Translations under genes and position numbers: made by a program
Assembly (NCBI GenBank): GCA_036272295.1
Contig: DATAYZ010000148.1
Coordinates: 2,128-66,127 of the forward strand
Direction of reading: 5' to 3'
Source: Steroidobacteraceae bacterium
Lineage (GTDB): Bacteria > Pseudomonadota > Gammaproteobacteria > Steroidobacterales > Steroidobacteraceae
DNA: 64,000 nucleotides
The notes under the pieces: generated by a model
What the model saw: only the letters and a program-made list of their open reading frames with translations
The model's database searches: none
What the model was told of the DNA's origin: nothing
Shown here: positions 45,901 to 56,241 of the stretch, one piece after another
Layout: each line of letters starts with the position of its first letter
Position numbering within the stretch: the first letter of the stretch is position 1

Positions 45901-46890
45901 GAGCCAGTTGCCGTCCGGGTCGACCATGCGCCACCAGGCGAGATTGTCGACGGCGGTGCCCCACAGCACCGCCTTCTTCCCGCCCGCGTTCATGGCGATG
46001 TTGCCGCCGACGCAGGATGCATCCGCCGAGGTCGGGTCCACCGCGAACACCCGGCCGGCCGCTTCGGCGGCCTCGGCGATGCGCCGGGTGACCACGCCGG
46101 CCTCGGTGAAGATCGTCGCGGCGGCGGTCGACCCGGGCAGGGTGGTGCGCTCGACCGCGTGCAATCGGTCGAGCTTCTCGGTGTTGATGACCGCCGACCA
46201 TCGCGTGAGCGGCACGGCGCCGCCGGTGTAGCCGGTGCCGCCGCCCCGCGGAATGACGGTGAGGCCGAGCTCGATGCAATCCCGCACCAGGGCGGCGGTC
46301 TCCCGCTCGGTGTCCGGCGCGAGCACCACGAACGGCAGCTCGACGCGCCAGTCGGTGGCATCGGTGACGTGCGAGACCCGCGAGAAGGCGTCGAAGCGGA
46401 CGTTGTCCGCCCCGGTATGGCGCGCCAGCAGGCGCCGCGACTGCTTGCGCCTGCGCACGACCTCCTCGAACCGCCGCTCGAAGTCCGTGACGGCCGCGCG
46501 CGCCGCCAGGAGCAGCTCTTCGACCTTGGGGTCTTGCGTCCGGTCGGCCCGGTCGCGGCGCTTTTCGAGCTCGTGCAGGCGGTGATGCAAGGCCTCGATC
46601 AACTGGCGCCGGCGCCTGGGATCGTCGATGAGATCGTCCTCGAGGTACGGGTTGCGATCGACCACCCAGATATCCCCGAGCACCTCGTAGAGCATGCGCT
46701 CGGACCGCCCGGTGCGGCGCAGCGCCCGCAGCTCCTCGAGGAGCGTCCAGGCGGCCTCGCCGAGAAGCCGTATGACGATCTCGCGGTCGGAAAGCGAGGT
46801 GTAGTTGTACGGAATCTCGCGCAGGTTGGGCGCCGCCTCGCGCTCTTCGCGGCGGCGGGACCGGGGTGTCGATTCTGCGACGGCGTTCAT
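42991..46890 (-). CDS. DUF3683-FAD-binding (GlcD-like)-4Fe-4S/CCG (GlcF-like) fusion oxidoreductase, 1299 aa
   Basis: N-terminus [19 protein letters not shown] (DUF3683-like). FAD PCMH domain [16 protein letters not shown]. Ferredoxin motifs [11 protein letters not shown] and [15 protein letters not shown] repeats CCGYPQ and CCGESG. Confidence 0.85.
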   Translation of the reverse strand: MNAVAESTPRSRRREEREAAPNLREIPYNYTSLSDREIVIRLLGEAAWTLLEELRALRRTGRSERMLYEVLGDIWVVDRNPYLEDDLIDDPRRRRQLIEALHHRLHELEKRRDRADRTQDPKVEELLLAARAAVTDFERRFEEVVRRRKQSRRLLARHTGADNVRFDAFSRVSHVTDATDWRVELPFVVLAPDTERETAALVRDCIELGLTVIPRGGGTGYTGGAVPLTRWSAVINTEKLDRLHAVERTTLPGSTAAATIFTEAGVVTRRIAEAAEAAGRVFAVDPTSADASCVGGNIAMNAGGKKAVLWGTAVDNLAWWRMVDPDGNWLEVTRLEHNLGKIHEAATASFDLAWKDGRAPPDEAPVLKRTRLDIDGAAFRKTGLGKDVTDKFLGGLPGVQKEGCDGLITAARWILHERPAHTRTVCLEFFGQAREAVPTIVEITRHLRSTALDGGAVLAGLEHLDERYLRAVGYVTKSKRGALPKMVLLGDIVGAEDGAVAAAASQVVRLANARGGEGFVAVSAEARGKFWLDRARTAAIAKHTNAFKINEDVVIPLKRLGEYTDAVERINIELSIRNKLDLLGVLDGYFAGEVKGGKTADVDTGRKSEARRLLAAVGERWRHLLGAMDVPLADARADLEALGMDGLWSDEGTVFDRLQDRRIRVSWKREVRAELERIFAGGAFAPVLAECDSLHGRVLQGRVFVALHMHAGDGNVHTNIPVNSDNYAMLHTANQVVARIMRLARRLDGVISGEHGIGITKLEYLTEAELEAFRAYKRRIDPEGRFNLHKLMPGADLRRAYTPSFNLLGHESLIMQQSDIGTISDAVKDCLRCGKCKPVCATHVPRANLLYSPRDKILATSLLIEAFLYEEQTRRGVSLRHWDELNDVADHCTLCRKCESPCPVDIDFGEVSMAMRDLLRRMGKKRFNAGTAASMLFLNATRPETIKLARKLMIDWGYRLQRTAHRALRTLARRQTARPPATTGAAPIREQVIHFVNKRMPGGLPKRTARALLDIEDRSYVPIIRDPRATPADAEAVFYFPGCGSERLFSQVGLATQAMLWHVGVQTVLPPGYLCCGYPQRGAGDLAKADKIITDNRVLFHRVANTLNYLDIKTVVVSCGTCFDQLQGYKFEDIFPGSRIIDIHEFLMERGVRLEGVTGVRYLYHDPCHSPMKRHEPLEVVNTLMNAERNGRIAASARCCGESGTLALTRPDISTQVRFRKEEELRADVGRLRAEGHAGEVKILTSCPSCLQGLKRYNDDTETDADYIVVEIAKHVLGADWLPEYVRRANDGGIERVLV

Positions 46891-46967
46891 GGTTTCAGGC
46901 CGATTCTACGCAGATAGGGCGCGACATGTGTCCTCAAGTCAGGTGTGGCGAGGCCGCTAAGCCGCCT

Positions 46968-47846
46968 ATGCAGGACCCGTCGAGCCAATCGCCGGAGACG
47001 CTGGACGACCTTCAGATCGTTCACGATCTGCTGGAAGCCCATCTATCGAGCAACGAGCTGGCCGTGCCGCTCCTGCCGGATGTGGCGGTGCGCGTGGTGC
47101 AAGCCGGATCCAAGACCTCCTCCAACGCTCATCAACTCGCCGCGATCATCAACGCGGACCCGGCGCTCACCATGTACGTGCTGCGCATTGCGGTGTCGGC
47201 CGCGAAGCGGCCGGTGACGCCGATCGTGTCCTTGCAGCACGCCGTCGCGTGGCTGGGGTTCGACGAGGTGGCGAACATTGCCTTCACGCTGGCGCTGCAG
47301 GGCAAGATGCTCGACGTGAAGGGCCAGCAGTACAAGGCGCGCCGGCTTTGGCGCCACTCGCTGGCGAGCGCGCTCTGGGCGCGGCAGATCGCCCACATGC
47401 TCTCCGAAGAGACGGGAATGTGCTATCTCTGCGGCCTGCTGCACAACATCGGGCGCGTCGTCGCCCTGGGCGCGGCGCACGACGCCGCCTTGCGCGCCGG
47501 CAAGAAGCTCGGCGGCGAAGACTATGACCGGCTGATCGATCTGGTCGCTCATCGCGTGGGTGAGAAGGTGATCACCGTGTGGGGACTGCCGCCGCCCGTG
47601 CCCACGGTCACCGCACATTGGGAGACCTATGTGTCGGCGGGCGAGGCGCGCTTCGAGTGCAACGTCGTCCACGTCGCCCACCGCCTGGCCGACATCACGC
47701 TGCACGGCTTCACCCGGCAGGCCCGCGACGCGATCGTCAACGACGAGGCCTATCAAGGGCTGGGCCTCGGCACGGCCGATGCCGCGCCGCTCTTCAGCTC
47801 GTCGGGCGCGATCAATTCGGAGCTGAACCGCTACCTCGCGCCCTGA
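46968..47846 (+). CDS. HDOD domain protein
   Basis: ATG at 46968 (MQDPSS). LPDVAVRVVQ...AHQLAAIINADPALTMYVLRIAVSAAKRPVTPIVSLQHAVAWLGFDEVANIA...CGLLHNIGRVV. Confidence 0.8.
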   Translation: MQDPSSQSPETLDDLQIVHDLLEAHLSSNELAVPLLPDVAVRVVQAGSKTSSNAHQLAAIINADPALTMYVLRIAVSAAKRPVTPIVSLQHAVAWLGFDEVANIAFTLALQGKMLDVKGQQYKARRLWRHSLASALWARQIAHMLSEETGMCYLCGLLHNIGRVVALGAAHDAALRAGKKLGGEDYDRLIDLVAHRVGEKVITVWGLPPPVPTVTAHWETYVSAGEARFECNVVHVAHRLADITLHGFTRQARDAIVNDEAYQGLGLGTADAAPLFSSSGAINSELNRYLAP

Positions 47847-47957
47847 CGGCGCTCACGTGCCCTCCCGGCGTGGCGGCTGAGCCGAGGCTGGCCTGCCAAG
47901 CGTCAGAGCGCCCATTCACGCCTTTTCATCCGGTTATCAGTCGATTATCGTCTCGCC

Positions 47958-49130
47958 ATGAAACGAGACACGCTGGTCAACCACCCGCCCGCGGTGGAGC
48001 TGCCCGATGACGTTCGCCCGCTGGTGGGGCCGATCTATCAGTCGGTGAAGTTCTCCCTCGACGACACCGCCGAGACGCTGCGCTATCTGCGCGGCGAGCG
48101 CCCCGGGTTCTTCTACTCCCGATCCGCGAATCCGACGCTGCGGCAGCTCGAGCTCCTGCTCGCGCGTCTCCAGGGGCGCGACGATTGCCTGCTGGTCGGC
48201 TCGGGGGTCGCGACCGTCGCCGCGAGCTTCCTGGCGCTGTGCAAGCAGGGCGACCACATCCTCGCCTTCGTCGAGTCCTATGGGCCCACCCGCTACATCG
48301 TGCAGCACCTCCTGGCGAAGTTCGGCGTCATGCACACGCTTCTGTCGATCGAGGACCGCGAGAGCATCGAGAGCATTCTCGCCGATCGGCCCACGCGGCT
48401 GGTGGTGTTCGAGAGTCCCACCAATCCCGTCACGAAGATCGCGGATATCGAGCACCTGACCTCCCACGCGCGGCGCGCCGGCGCCCTCACGGTGCTCGAC
48501 AACACCTTCGCCGGTTTCCACAATCACGGCAGCTTCCCGGTCGACGTGTTCCTGCACAGCCTCACCAAGTACGCCTCGGGTCACGGCGACGTGATGGGCG
48601 GAGCGATCATCGCGAGCAGGGAGCTGATCGCGCTGATGCGCAAGGACGTCGTTTCGCTGGGCCCGACCCTCGATCCGCACGCGGCGTTTCTCATCCAGCG
48701 CGGCATGCGCACCTATTTCCTGCGCTACGAGCGTCAGTGCGCGAACGCCCAGGCGGTCGCCGAGCTCCTCGCGGGTCATCCGCGGGTGAAATGCGTCCAC
48801 TATCCGGGGCTCGCGAGCCACCCGCAGCACGAGCTCGCCCGCCGGCAGATGAGCGACTTCGGCGCCGTGGTGACCCTCGAGCTGGACGGGGGCTTCAAGG
48901 AGGGCGCCCGTTTCGCCGATTCGCTCGAGCTGTTCTCGATCTCGGCCAGCGTCGGGTCGGCCGAGGGCCTGGTCATGCCGCCCCAATTGCTGGCCGGCAA
49001 CGAGTATACGGCGGCGCAACGGGCGGCCTCGCTGATCACGCCGGGGACGGTCCGGCTCTCGATCGGGCTCGAGGACAAGTCCGATCTCGTCGCGGATTTG
49101 AGCCAAGCTCTCGACCAGGCCTTCGGTTAG
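47958..49130 (+). CDS. Cys/Met-metabolism PLP-dependent enzyme (cystathionine gamma-synthase/beta-lyase family)
   Basis: YSRSANPT, FESPTNPV, VDVFLHSLTKYASGHGDVMGG (PLP lysine), VRLSIGLED. Confidence 0.85.
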   Translation: MKRDTLVNHPPAVELPDDVRPLVGPIYQSVKFSLDDTAETLRYLRGERPGFFYSRSANPTLRQLELLLARLQGRDDCLLVGSGVATVAASFLALCKQGDHILAFVESYGPTRYIVQHLLAKFGVMHTLLSIEDRESIESILADRPTRLVVFESPTNPVTKIADIEHLTSHARRAGALTVLDNTFAGFHNHGSFPVDVFLHSLTKYASGHGDVMGGAIIASRELIALMRKDVVSLGPTLDPHAAFLIQRGMRTYFLRYERQCANAQAVAELLAGHPRVKCVHYPGLASHPQHELARRQMSDFGAVVTLELDGGFKEGARFADSLELFSISASVGSAEGLVMPPQLLAGNEYTAAQRAASLITPGTVRLSIGLEDKSDLVADLSQALDQAFG

Positions 49131-49221
49131 CACACGTTTTTTGACATAAATCACAGAAACACCTAGGGGATAACCGCAGCATGCACCGGAGCGGCGCGGG
49201 ATTGCGCCGACGAGGTGTTGC

Positions 49222-50076
49222 GTGAATCTCGAAGCTTCGATCAGCCTCCCGGTCCTGAATCCGCAGGTCGCGCGCGACTATCTGAGCGTCTCGCTCACGG
49301 GCAAGGAGACCATCGCACCGCTGCCGCGCGTATGCGCGCAGCTCGCGGAGCTGACCGCCCAGCAGGCCACCGACGCAGCCCAGCTCGCCAAACTGATCCA
49401 ATCGGACCCGGTGCTCGCGGGCGAGCTCATGCGCGTCGCGAACTCACCGGCCCTGCGCCCGCGCTCGGCGATCGTTTCGCTGCAGCAAGCGGTCTCATGG
49501 CTCGGCGTCGCGGAAGTCCGCAACATCGCGATGGCCGTGATGCTGCGCGGCGAGGTCTTCACCGCGCCCGGGCACGAGCCCGAGTCGGAGGAGCTGTGGC
49601 GCGAGGCGTGGCTCGCGGGCCTGTGGGCGAAGGAGATCGCGCGCGAGCGCCGCAAGCACGTGGAGAGCGCATTTCTCGCCGCGCTCATGCACCGCACGGG
49701 GGCTGCGCTCGCACTCAAGGTGCTGTCGCGCTTCGAGCGCGAGCAGCGCACGGTGATGGATGCGCACACCTTCTCGGAGCTCGTGGTGGAGTTCGAGCCG
49801 GCGTTCGGCCGCCTGCTGATGGGCAACTGGAGCCTGCCGAAGGACGTTCAGGACGCTGCGAGCGACTGGCGCAACTATCGGGAGTCCGACCACAGCGACC
49901 TTGCGTGCACCGTGCACGCCGCGCACCTGTTCGCCACCCACACCATGCATCCGCAGCTTCTCGACGAGGAGATCGTGGTCGAGAGCCCCGTGTTCGAGCA
50001 GCTCGGCATGTTCCCGGACGATCGACGCAAGATGCTGGCCAAGCGCGAGCATGTCCGCAGCCTCGCCGGGCTGTGA
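49222..50076 (+). CDS. HDOD domain protein (second paralogue)
   Basis: GTG start. AAQLAKLIQSDPVLAGELMRVANSPALRPRSAIVSLQQAVSWLGVAEVRNIA...AALMHRTGAAL. Confidence 0.8.
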   Translation: MNLEASISLPVLNPQVARDYLSVSLTGKETIAPLPRVCAQLAELTAQQATDAAQLAKLIQSDPVLAGELMRVANSPALRPRSAIVSLQQAVSWLGVAEVRNIAMAVMLRGEVFTAPGHEPESEELWREAWLAGLWAKEIARERRKHVESAFLAALMHRTGAALALKVLSRFEREQRTVMDAHTFSELVVEFEPAFGRLLMGNWSLPKDVQDAASDWRNYRESDHSDLACTVHAAHLFATHTMHPQLLDEEIVVESPVFEQLGMFPDDRRKMLAKREHVRSLAGL

Positions 50077-50124
50077 CGCCGATGGGCCGCCGCCCCCGGG
50101 AAACTCTCACCGAGCCTTGCTAGC

Positions 50125-51552
50125 GTGCCAGAAGCCGAATTCGACTTTCTCTGCGTGGGATCGGGTCCCGCCGGTCAAAAAGCGGCGATCCAGGCCGCCA
50201 AGGCGGGCTTTCGCGCCGCCATCGTGGAGCGCGACGCGCAGGTTGGCGGCGCATGCCTGCTGTCCGGCACCATTCCCAGCAAGGCGCTGCGCGAGCAGGC
50301 GCTGCGCTATCGCCGCATGCAGGGCAGCGCATCCTCGCTGGCGGTCGAGCTGCGGGGAGACGCGCCCCTGTCGGCGCTGCTGCACGGCGTCGACGTGGTC
50401 ATCGAGGCCCAGGATCGCTACCTGCAGGCGCAGCTCGCACGCAACCAGGTCGAGCTGATCCACGGGCGCGCAACGTTCCTCGCCCGCGATCGCGTCGAGG
50501 TCCAGCGCCTGGACGGATCGCGGCTGACGCTCCGCTCGCCGCGCGTGCTGGTGGCGACGGGGTCACGCCCCCGGCACGTGCCCGCCATCGAAGTGGATCA
50601 CGAGCACATCCTCGACAGCGACTCGATCCTGAGCCTTCCCTACATACCGCGCTCGATGGTGGTGCTCGGCAGCGGCGTGATCGCGTGCGAGTACGCCTCG
50701 ATCTTCGCGGCGCTGGGCTGTGCCGTGACGCTGGTCGACAAGGCCGCCGAGCCGCTCGGCTTCCTCGATCCGGCGCTGCGCCGCGGATTTCTTGCGGCGT
50801 TCCAGTCGATGGGCGGCGCCTACCGCGGCGGCACGGAGGTATCCGGCGCGCGCTTCGATGGATTCGCACAGGTGCAGGTCGACGTGAAGACCGGCGCGGG
50901 CTTGACGGCCGAGATCGTGTTCGCGGCGTTCGGGCGGGTCGCGAATCTGGACGGCATCGGGCTCGACCGGCTCGGTCTTGCCATCAACGGCCGCGGTCAC
51001 GTGCAGGTGGATCCGCGCTTCGAAACCAACATTCCCGGCATCTTCGCCGCGGGCGATGCCATCGGGCCGCCGGCGCTCGCCTGCGCCGCGGCGGACCAAG
51101 GCCGCCGCGCAGCGCTGGCGGCGCTCGGGCTGCCGCCGCCGCCGTCCACCAGCCTCGTACCGAGCGGCGTGTACACCATTCCGGAGATCGCCTGCGTCGG
51201 TGTGACCCAGACCGAGGCCGCGGCCAACAAGATCGACCTCATCGTCGGCCGCGCCGACTTCGCTGAGGTCGCACGCGCCCACATCGCCGGAGAGCCCTGC
51301 GGATTTCTCTTGCTCCTGTGCGAGCGCTCCACCGCGCGCGTCGTCGGCGTGCAGGCGCTCGGCGAGGGCGCCACCGACCTCGTGCACCTCGGCCAGGCGG
51401 CGATTGCGACGCACTCGACCGCGGACTTCTTCGTCGAGCAGATCTTCAACTTCCCGACCATGACGGAAAGCTATCGGGTCGCGGCGTTCGATGTGATGAA
51501 GCAGCGCTCGCAGCCGGCGAGCGCCGCCGTCGGGCTCGCCCGCGCGGGTTGA
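50125..51552 (+). CDS. sthA: soluble pyridine nucleotide transhydrogenase (Si-specific NAD(P)+ transhydrogenase)
   Basis: GTG start. MPEAEFDFLCVGSGPAGQKAAIQAAKAG...GGACLLSGTIPSKALRE. Second Rossmann fold MVVLGSGVIACEYASIF. Dimerisation-domain end FNFPTMTESYRVAA. Confidence 0.8.
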   Translation: MPEAEFDFLCVGSGPAGQKAAIQAAKAGFRAAIVERDAQVGGACLLSGTIPSKALREQALRYRRMQGSASSLAVELRGDAPLSALLHGVDVVIEAQDRYLQAQLARNQVELIHGRATFLARDRVEVQRLDGSRLTLRSPRVLVATGSRPRHVPAIEVDHEHILDSDSILSLPYIPRSMVVLGSGVIACEYASIFAALGCAVTLVDKAAEPLGFLDPALRRGFLAAFQSMGGAYRGGTEVSGARFDGFAQVQVDVKTGAGLTAEIVFAAFGRVANLDGIGLDRLGLAINGRGHVQVDPRFETNIPGIFAAGDAIGPPALACAAADQGRRAALAALGLPPPPSTSLVPSGVYTIPEIACVGVTQTEAAANKIDLIVGRADFAEVARAHIAGEPCGFLLLLCERSTARVVGVQALGEGATDLVHLGQAAIATHSTADFFVEQIFNFPTMTESYRVAAFDVMKQRSQPASAAVGLARAG

Positions 51553-51600
51553 GCGCGCCGCGGGGGCCGAGCACGCCGCGGGCGCGGCCCGCCGCGGATG

Positions 51601-52908
<1,308 letters not shown>

Positions 52909-52964
52909 GCAACGCTCCTGTAAATCCTTGCCCAATGCTAGCATGCGCGGTCCTGGGAGGAGCA

Positions 52965-54152
52965 TTGCGCACACTGAGATCCACTCCTGCGAAGGACGGT
53001 TTCCGCATGCCGGCGGAGTTCGAGCGGCACTCCGGCTGCTGGATGCTGTGGCCCGAGCGCACCGACAATTGGCGCGAGGGCGCGAAGCCGGCGCAGACCG
53101 CGTTCGCCGCGGTCGCGGCCGCCATCGCGAGCGCCGAGCCCGTCACCGTCGGCGTCTCCGCGGTGCAGTTTCAGAACGCGCGTGAGCGGCTGCCCTCGAC
53201 GGTGCGATTGGTGGAGCTCAGCGCCAACGATGCCTGGATCCGCGACAGCGGCCCGACCTTCGTCATCGACGCCAAGGGACGCCGCCGCGGGGTCGACTGG
53301 ACCTTCAACGCCTGGGGTGGCCTGGCGAGCGGACTATATTTTCCCTGGGATCGCGACGATGAGGTCGCGCGCAAGGTCTTGGAGATCGAGGCCTCCGATC
53401 GGTACCGGACCTCGTTCGTGCTCGAGGGCGGCGCCATACACGTGGACGGGCAGGGCACCTGCTTGACGACGGAGGAGTGCCTGCTCAATCCGAATCGCAA
53501 CGGCAACATGAGCCGTGCGGATGTCGAGGAGCATCTGCGCCGATACCTCGGCGTCAACACCGTGATCTGGCTCGGAAAGGGCGTCTACCTCGACGAGACG
53601 GGGGGTCACGTCGACGAGCTTGCCTGCTTCACCGCGCCGGGGCACGTCGCGCTCACCTGGACCCTGGATCGAGACGATCCTCAGTACGAGATCTCGGCGG
53701 ATGCCCACCGGCGCCTGACCCGGGCGCGCGATGCACGCGGGCGCGCGCTCACGATCCACAAGATCCACCAGCCGGGACCCCTCTGCATGACCGCGCAGGA
53801 GGCCGCGACCGTCGACCGGCGCGCGGGGACTCGTCCGCGCAAAGCGGGCGACCGGCTGCCGGCCTCGTACATCAACTTCTACGTCGCCAATCGCTGCATC
53901 GTCATGCCGCTCTACGACAAGCGCTACGACGCGGCCGCGGCCCGAGCCCTGCGGCGGCTGTTTCCCTCGCGGCGGGTGCTCGGCGTGCCCACCCGCGAGG
54001 TGCTGCTGGGCGGAGGCAACATCCACTGCATCACCCAGCAGGTTCCGGCGCCGGCGGTCGGTGCGGCGCGGCCGGGGGGCCGCCCGCCGCAGAGGTCACC
54101 GGGCAGCCGGCCGCGGCGGTCTTCCGCCGCAACCCGCTCCCGCACCGGGTGA
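52965..54152 (+). CDS. aguA: agmatine deiminase
   Basis: TTG at 52965, 3 nt after GGGAGGAG, gives [36 protein letters not shown] (typical N-terminus). [26 protein letters not shown] (catalytic Cys). A ~40-aa Arg/Pro-rich tail follows the conserved end. Confidence 0.85.
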   Translation: MRTLRSTPAKDGFRMPAEFERHSGCWMLWPERTDNWREGAKPAQTAFAAVAAAIASAEPVTVGVSAVQFQNARERLPSTVRLVELSANDAWIRDSGPTFVIDAKGRRRGVDWTFNAWGGLASGLYFPWDRDDEVARKVLEIEASDRYRTSFVLEGGAIHVDGQGTCLTTEECLLNPNRNGNMSRADVEEHLRRYLGVNTVIWLGKGVYLDETGGHVDELACFTAPGHVALTWTLDRDDPQYEISADAHRRLTRARDARGRALTIHKIHQPGPLCMTAQEAATVDRRAGTRPRKAGDRLPASYINFYVANRCIVMPLYDKRYDAAAARALRRLFPSRRVLGVPTREVLLGGGNIHCITQQVPAPAVGAARPGGRPPQRSPGSRPRRSSAATRSRTG

Positions 54153-54228
54153 AATTGAACTTTGCCTGACGCGGCCTCTCGAAAGTCATTATCCTACGCA
54201 CCCTAAATCACCATCACGGAAAGCCGTA

Positions 54229-56148
54229 GTGCACTTATCACTTGCCCGCCGCCCGCGGTTGCTGTCCGCCGTCGCGCTCTGCGCCGTCGCCGCCACCGGG
54301 ACCGGTTGCCACAGGAACAATCTCACCAGCGGCTACGGGATCTCCTGGGTGACGATGACCGATGCGCCGGGCGATTTCGCAGGCTATCAAGTCAACATCG
54401 ATTCGCTGACCCTGACCGGCAAGAACGTGGGCGTGATCACCGCGGTGGGCGCCGTCGAGACCGTCGACATCACCAAGCTCGACGACGTCTCCGAGCTCTG
54501 GGACGCGGCGAGCGTGCCGAACGACACCTACACCTCGGCCACCCTGGTCCTCGATTACACCGCAGCCAACATCGCGGTGATCAAGAACGGCGTTCCGACG
54601 AAGGCGACCGTGCAGGACACCGAGGGGGCCGCGGTCACCACCCAGACCATCAACATCACGTTCGATCCGGACCATCCGATGGTGATCGGGGCGACGTATG
54701 CATCGACCAGCGCGCTGCGGCTGGCACTGGCCTTCGACCTGGCGGCCTCGAACGTGGTGAACATCAACGGAGCGACGCCCGTCGTCACCATCAGGCCTTT
54801 CGTCACTGCTGCGACCAGCCCCTCGGATACCAAGCAAGTGCGCGTACGCGGGCCGTTGATCAACTCGAGCATCAACGTTGGCACGTACTCGGTATACGTC
54901 AGGCCGTTCTTCGACGAGATCAACAGTCTCGGCGCGCTCAGCATGTTCTCCAGTCCGACCACCGAGTACCTCATCAACGGCGTCTGGTACGAGGGGAACG
55001 CCGGCCTCACGGTGCTCTCGCAGCTCTCGGCAGGCACGACGATGACGGCGGCGTATACGACGTTCGAACCCACACCGGACGTTGCGCAGAGCACGTCGGC
55101 GGGTAAGTTCAATGCCAACTACGTCGTGGTCGGCAGCACGCTCGAGGACTACTACACCCAGGGACTGGAGGGTGACGTGATCGCGCGCAGCGGGAACACG
55201 CTGACCGTCCGGGGCGCGACCGTACAGTTCAACGATGGCACCAGCATTTACTACGAGGGCAATTCGGTCGTGACCTTGGGCACGGGAACCATCGTGACCG
55301 CGGACGATACACCATCGGTCACGGGCCTCGATTATCGGTCGATCTCCTCCGGACAGCACATCATCGCGCGCGGGCTCTATTCGCTGTCCTCGACCGGGGT
55401 GGTGACCCTCGACGCCACCGGGACTTCCAGCTTCAACACCGGATCGGTGCGCATAGTCCAGACACCGATCTTCGGATCGCTGGTGTCCGCAGGAGCGGGC
55501 GGCCTGGTCATGGACCTCAGCTCCATCACCTACTGGCCTGCTTCGACCTATAACTTTGCCGGCAGCGGCCCAGTGAGCCTCGCGGCCTACTCGGTCGATA
55601 CGGGGGATCTCACGCTGCCGGCCGGCACGGTCGCAGGCTCGAAGGTGTGGATCAACGGCTTCACGTCGGCGTACGGCGCGGCGCCTCCCGACTTCCTGGC
55701 GTTCTCGATCAACTCCGAGCTCTCAGTGCCCGCACAATTGAGGGCGGACTGGAGCGGCGCAGCCACATCGACGCAATTCAGCCCGGAGGCGGACACCGGC
55801 ATGGGGATCGACCTCGCCGACAAAACCCTGGACTCCGCCGAGATCCGCATTGGAGAGGAAGTCATCGACATCAAGTCCCTGCCGTCCTCGCCGCTGATCG
55901 TGCCGGCGGTCGGTGCGACCGCGGCGGCGGGTCTGCCGGCGACGTTCCTGCCGCTGTTCTCGCTCGGAACCGTGCCCGCGGCGGATACCGTCAACGTCGC
56001 CTGCTACAACTCTTTCAGCACATTCATCGGAACCATCAAGAGCCATTTGGTGGGCGCAACGCCTGCGCTGCACTTCGTGGCGAACGGCTATTACAACCGC
56101 GGCAACAACACCTTCACTGCCAGCAGCATCAATATCGTGCAGCTGTAG
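54229..56148 (+). CDS. large Thr/Ser/Gly/Val-rich lipoprotein, N-terminus DUF4382-like
   Basis: Probable GTG start at 54229. Lipobox AATGTGC. WVTMTDAPGDFAGYQVNIDSLTLTG...VDITKL...LVLDY resembles DUF4382. The rest is beta-rich with no recognised domain. Confidence 0.6.
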   Translation: MHLSLARRPRLLSAVALCAVAATGTGCHRNNLTSGYGISWVTMTDAPGDFAGYQVNIDSLTLTGKNVGVITAVGAVETVDITKLDDVSELWDAASVPNDTYTSATLVLDYTAANIAVIKNGVPTKATVQDTEGAAVTTQTINITFDPDHPMVIGATYASTSALRLALAFDLAASNVVNINGATPVVTIRPFVTAATSPSDTKQVRVRGPLINSSINVGTYSVYVRPFFDEINSLGALSMFSSPTTEYLINGVWYEGNAGLTVLSQLSAGTTMTAAYTTFEPTPDVAQSTSAGKFNANYVVVGSTLEDYYTQGLEGDVIARSGNTLTVRGATVQFNDGTSIYYEGNSVVTLGTGTIVTADDTPSVTGLDYRSISSGQHIIARGLYSLSSTGVVTLDATGTSSFNTGSVRIVQTPIFGSLVSAGAGGLVMDLSSITYWPASTYNFAGSGPVSLAAYSVDTGDLTLPAGTVAGSKVWINGFTSAYGAAPPDFLAFSINSELSVPAQLRADWSGAATSTQFSPEADTGMGIDLADKTLDSAEIRIGEEVIDIKSLPSSPLIVPAVGATAAAGLPATFLPLFSLGTVPAADTVNVACYNSFSTFIGTIKSHLVGATPALHFVANGYYNRGNNTFTASSINIVQL

Positions 56149-56241
56149 AGGCGCCCGCCTGCGCTAGCATGGAGGCATCCGCGCGGCCGAGGGCGTGATA
56201 GATTTCGCTCGACGGCGGCGAAGCCGACGAAGTTGGGTCGA

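Noticed and set aside
44362-46917. 851-aa plus-strand ORF
   Set aside because: It is antisense to the 1299-aa FAD/Fe-S oxidoreductase. It is a shadow ORF.
52935-52964. ATG at 52935 as the agmatine deiminase start
   Set aside because: TTG at 52965 follows a strong GGGAGGAG and gives the N-terminus typical of the family (M..L.STP..DGF.MPAE). The ATG would add 10 hydrophobic residues and lacks a ribosome-binding site.
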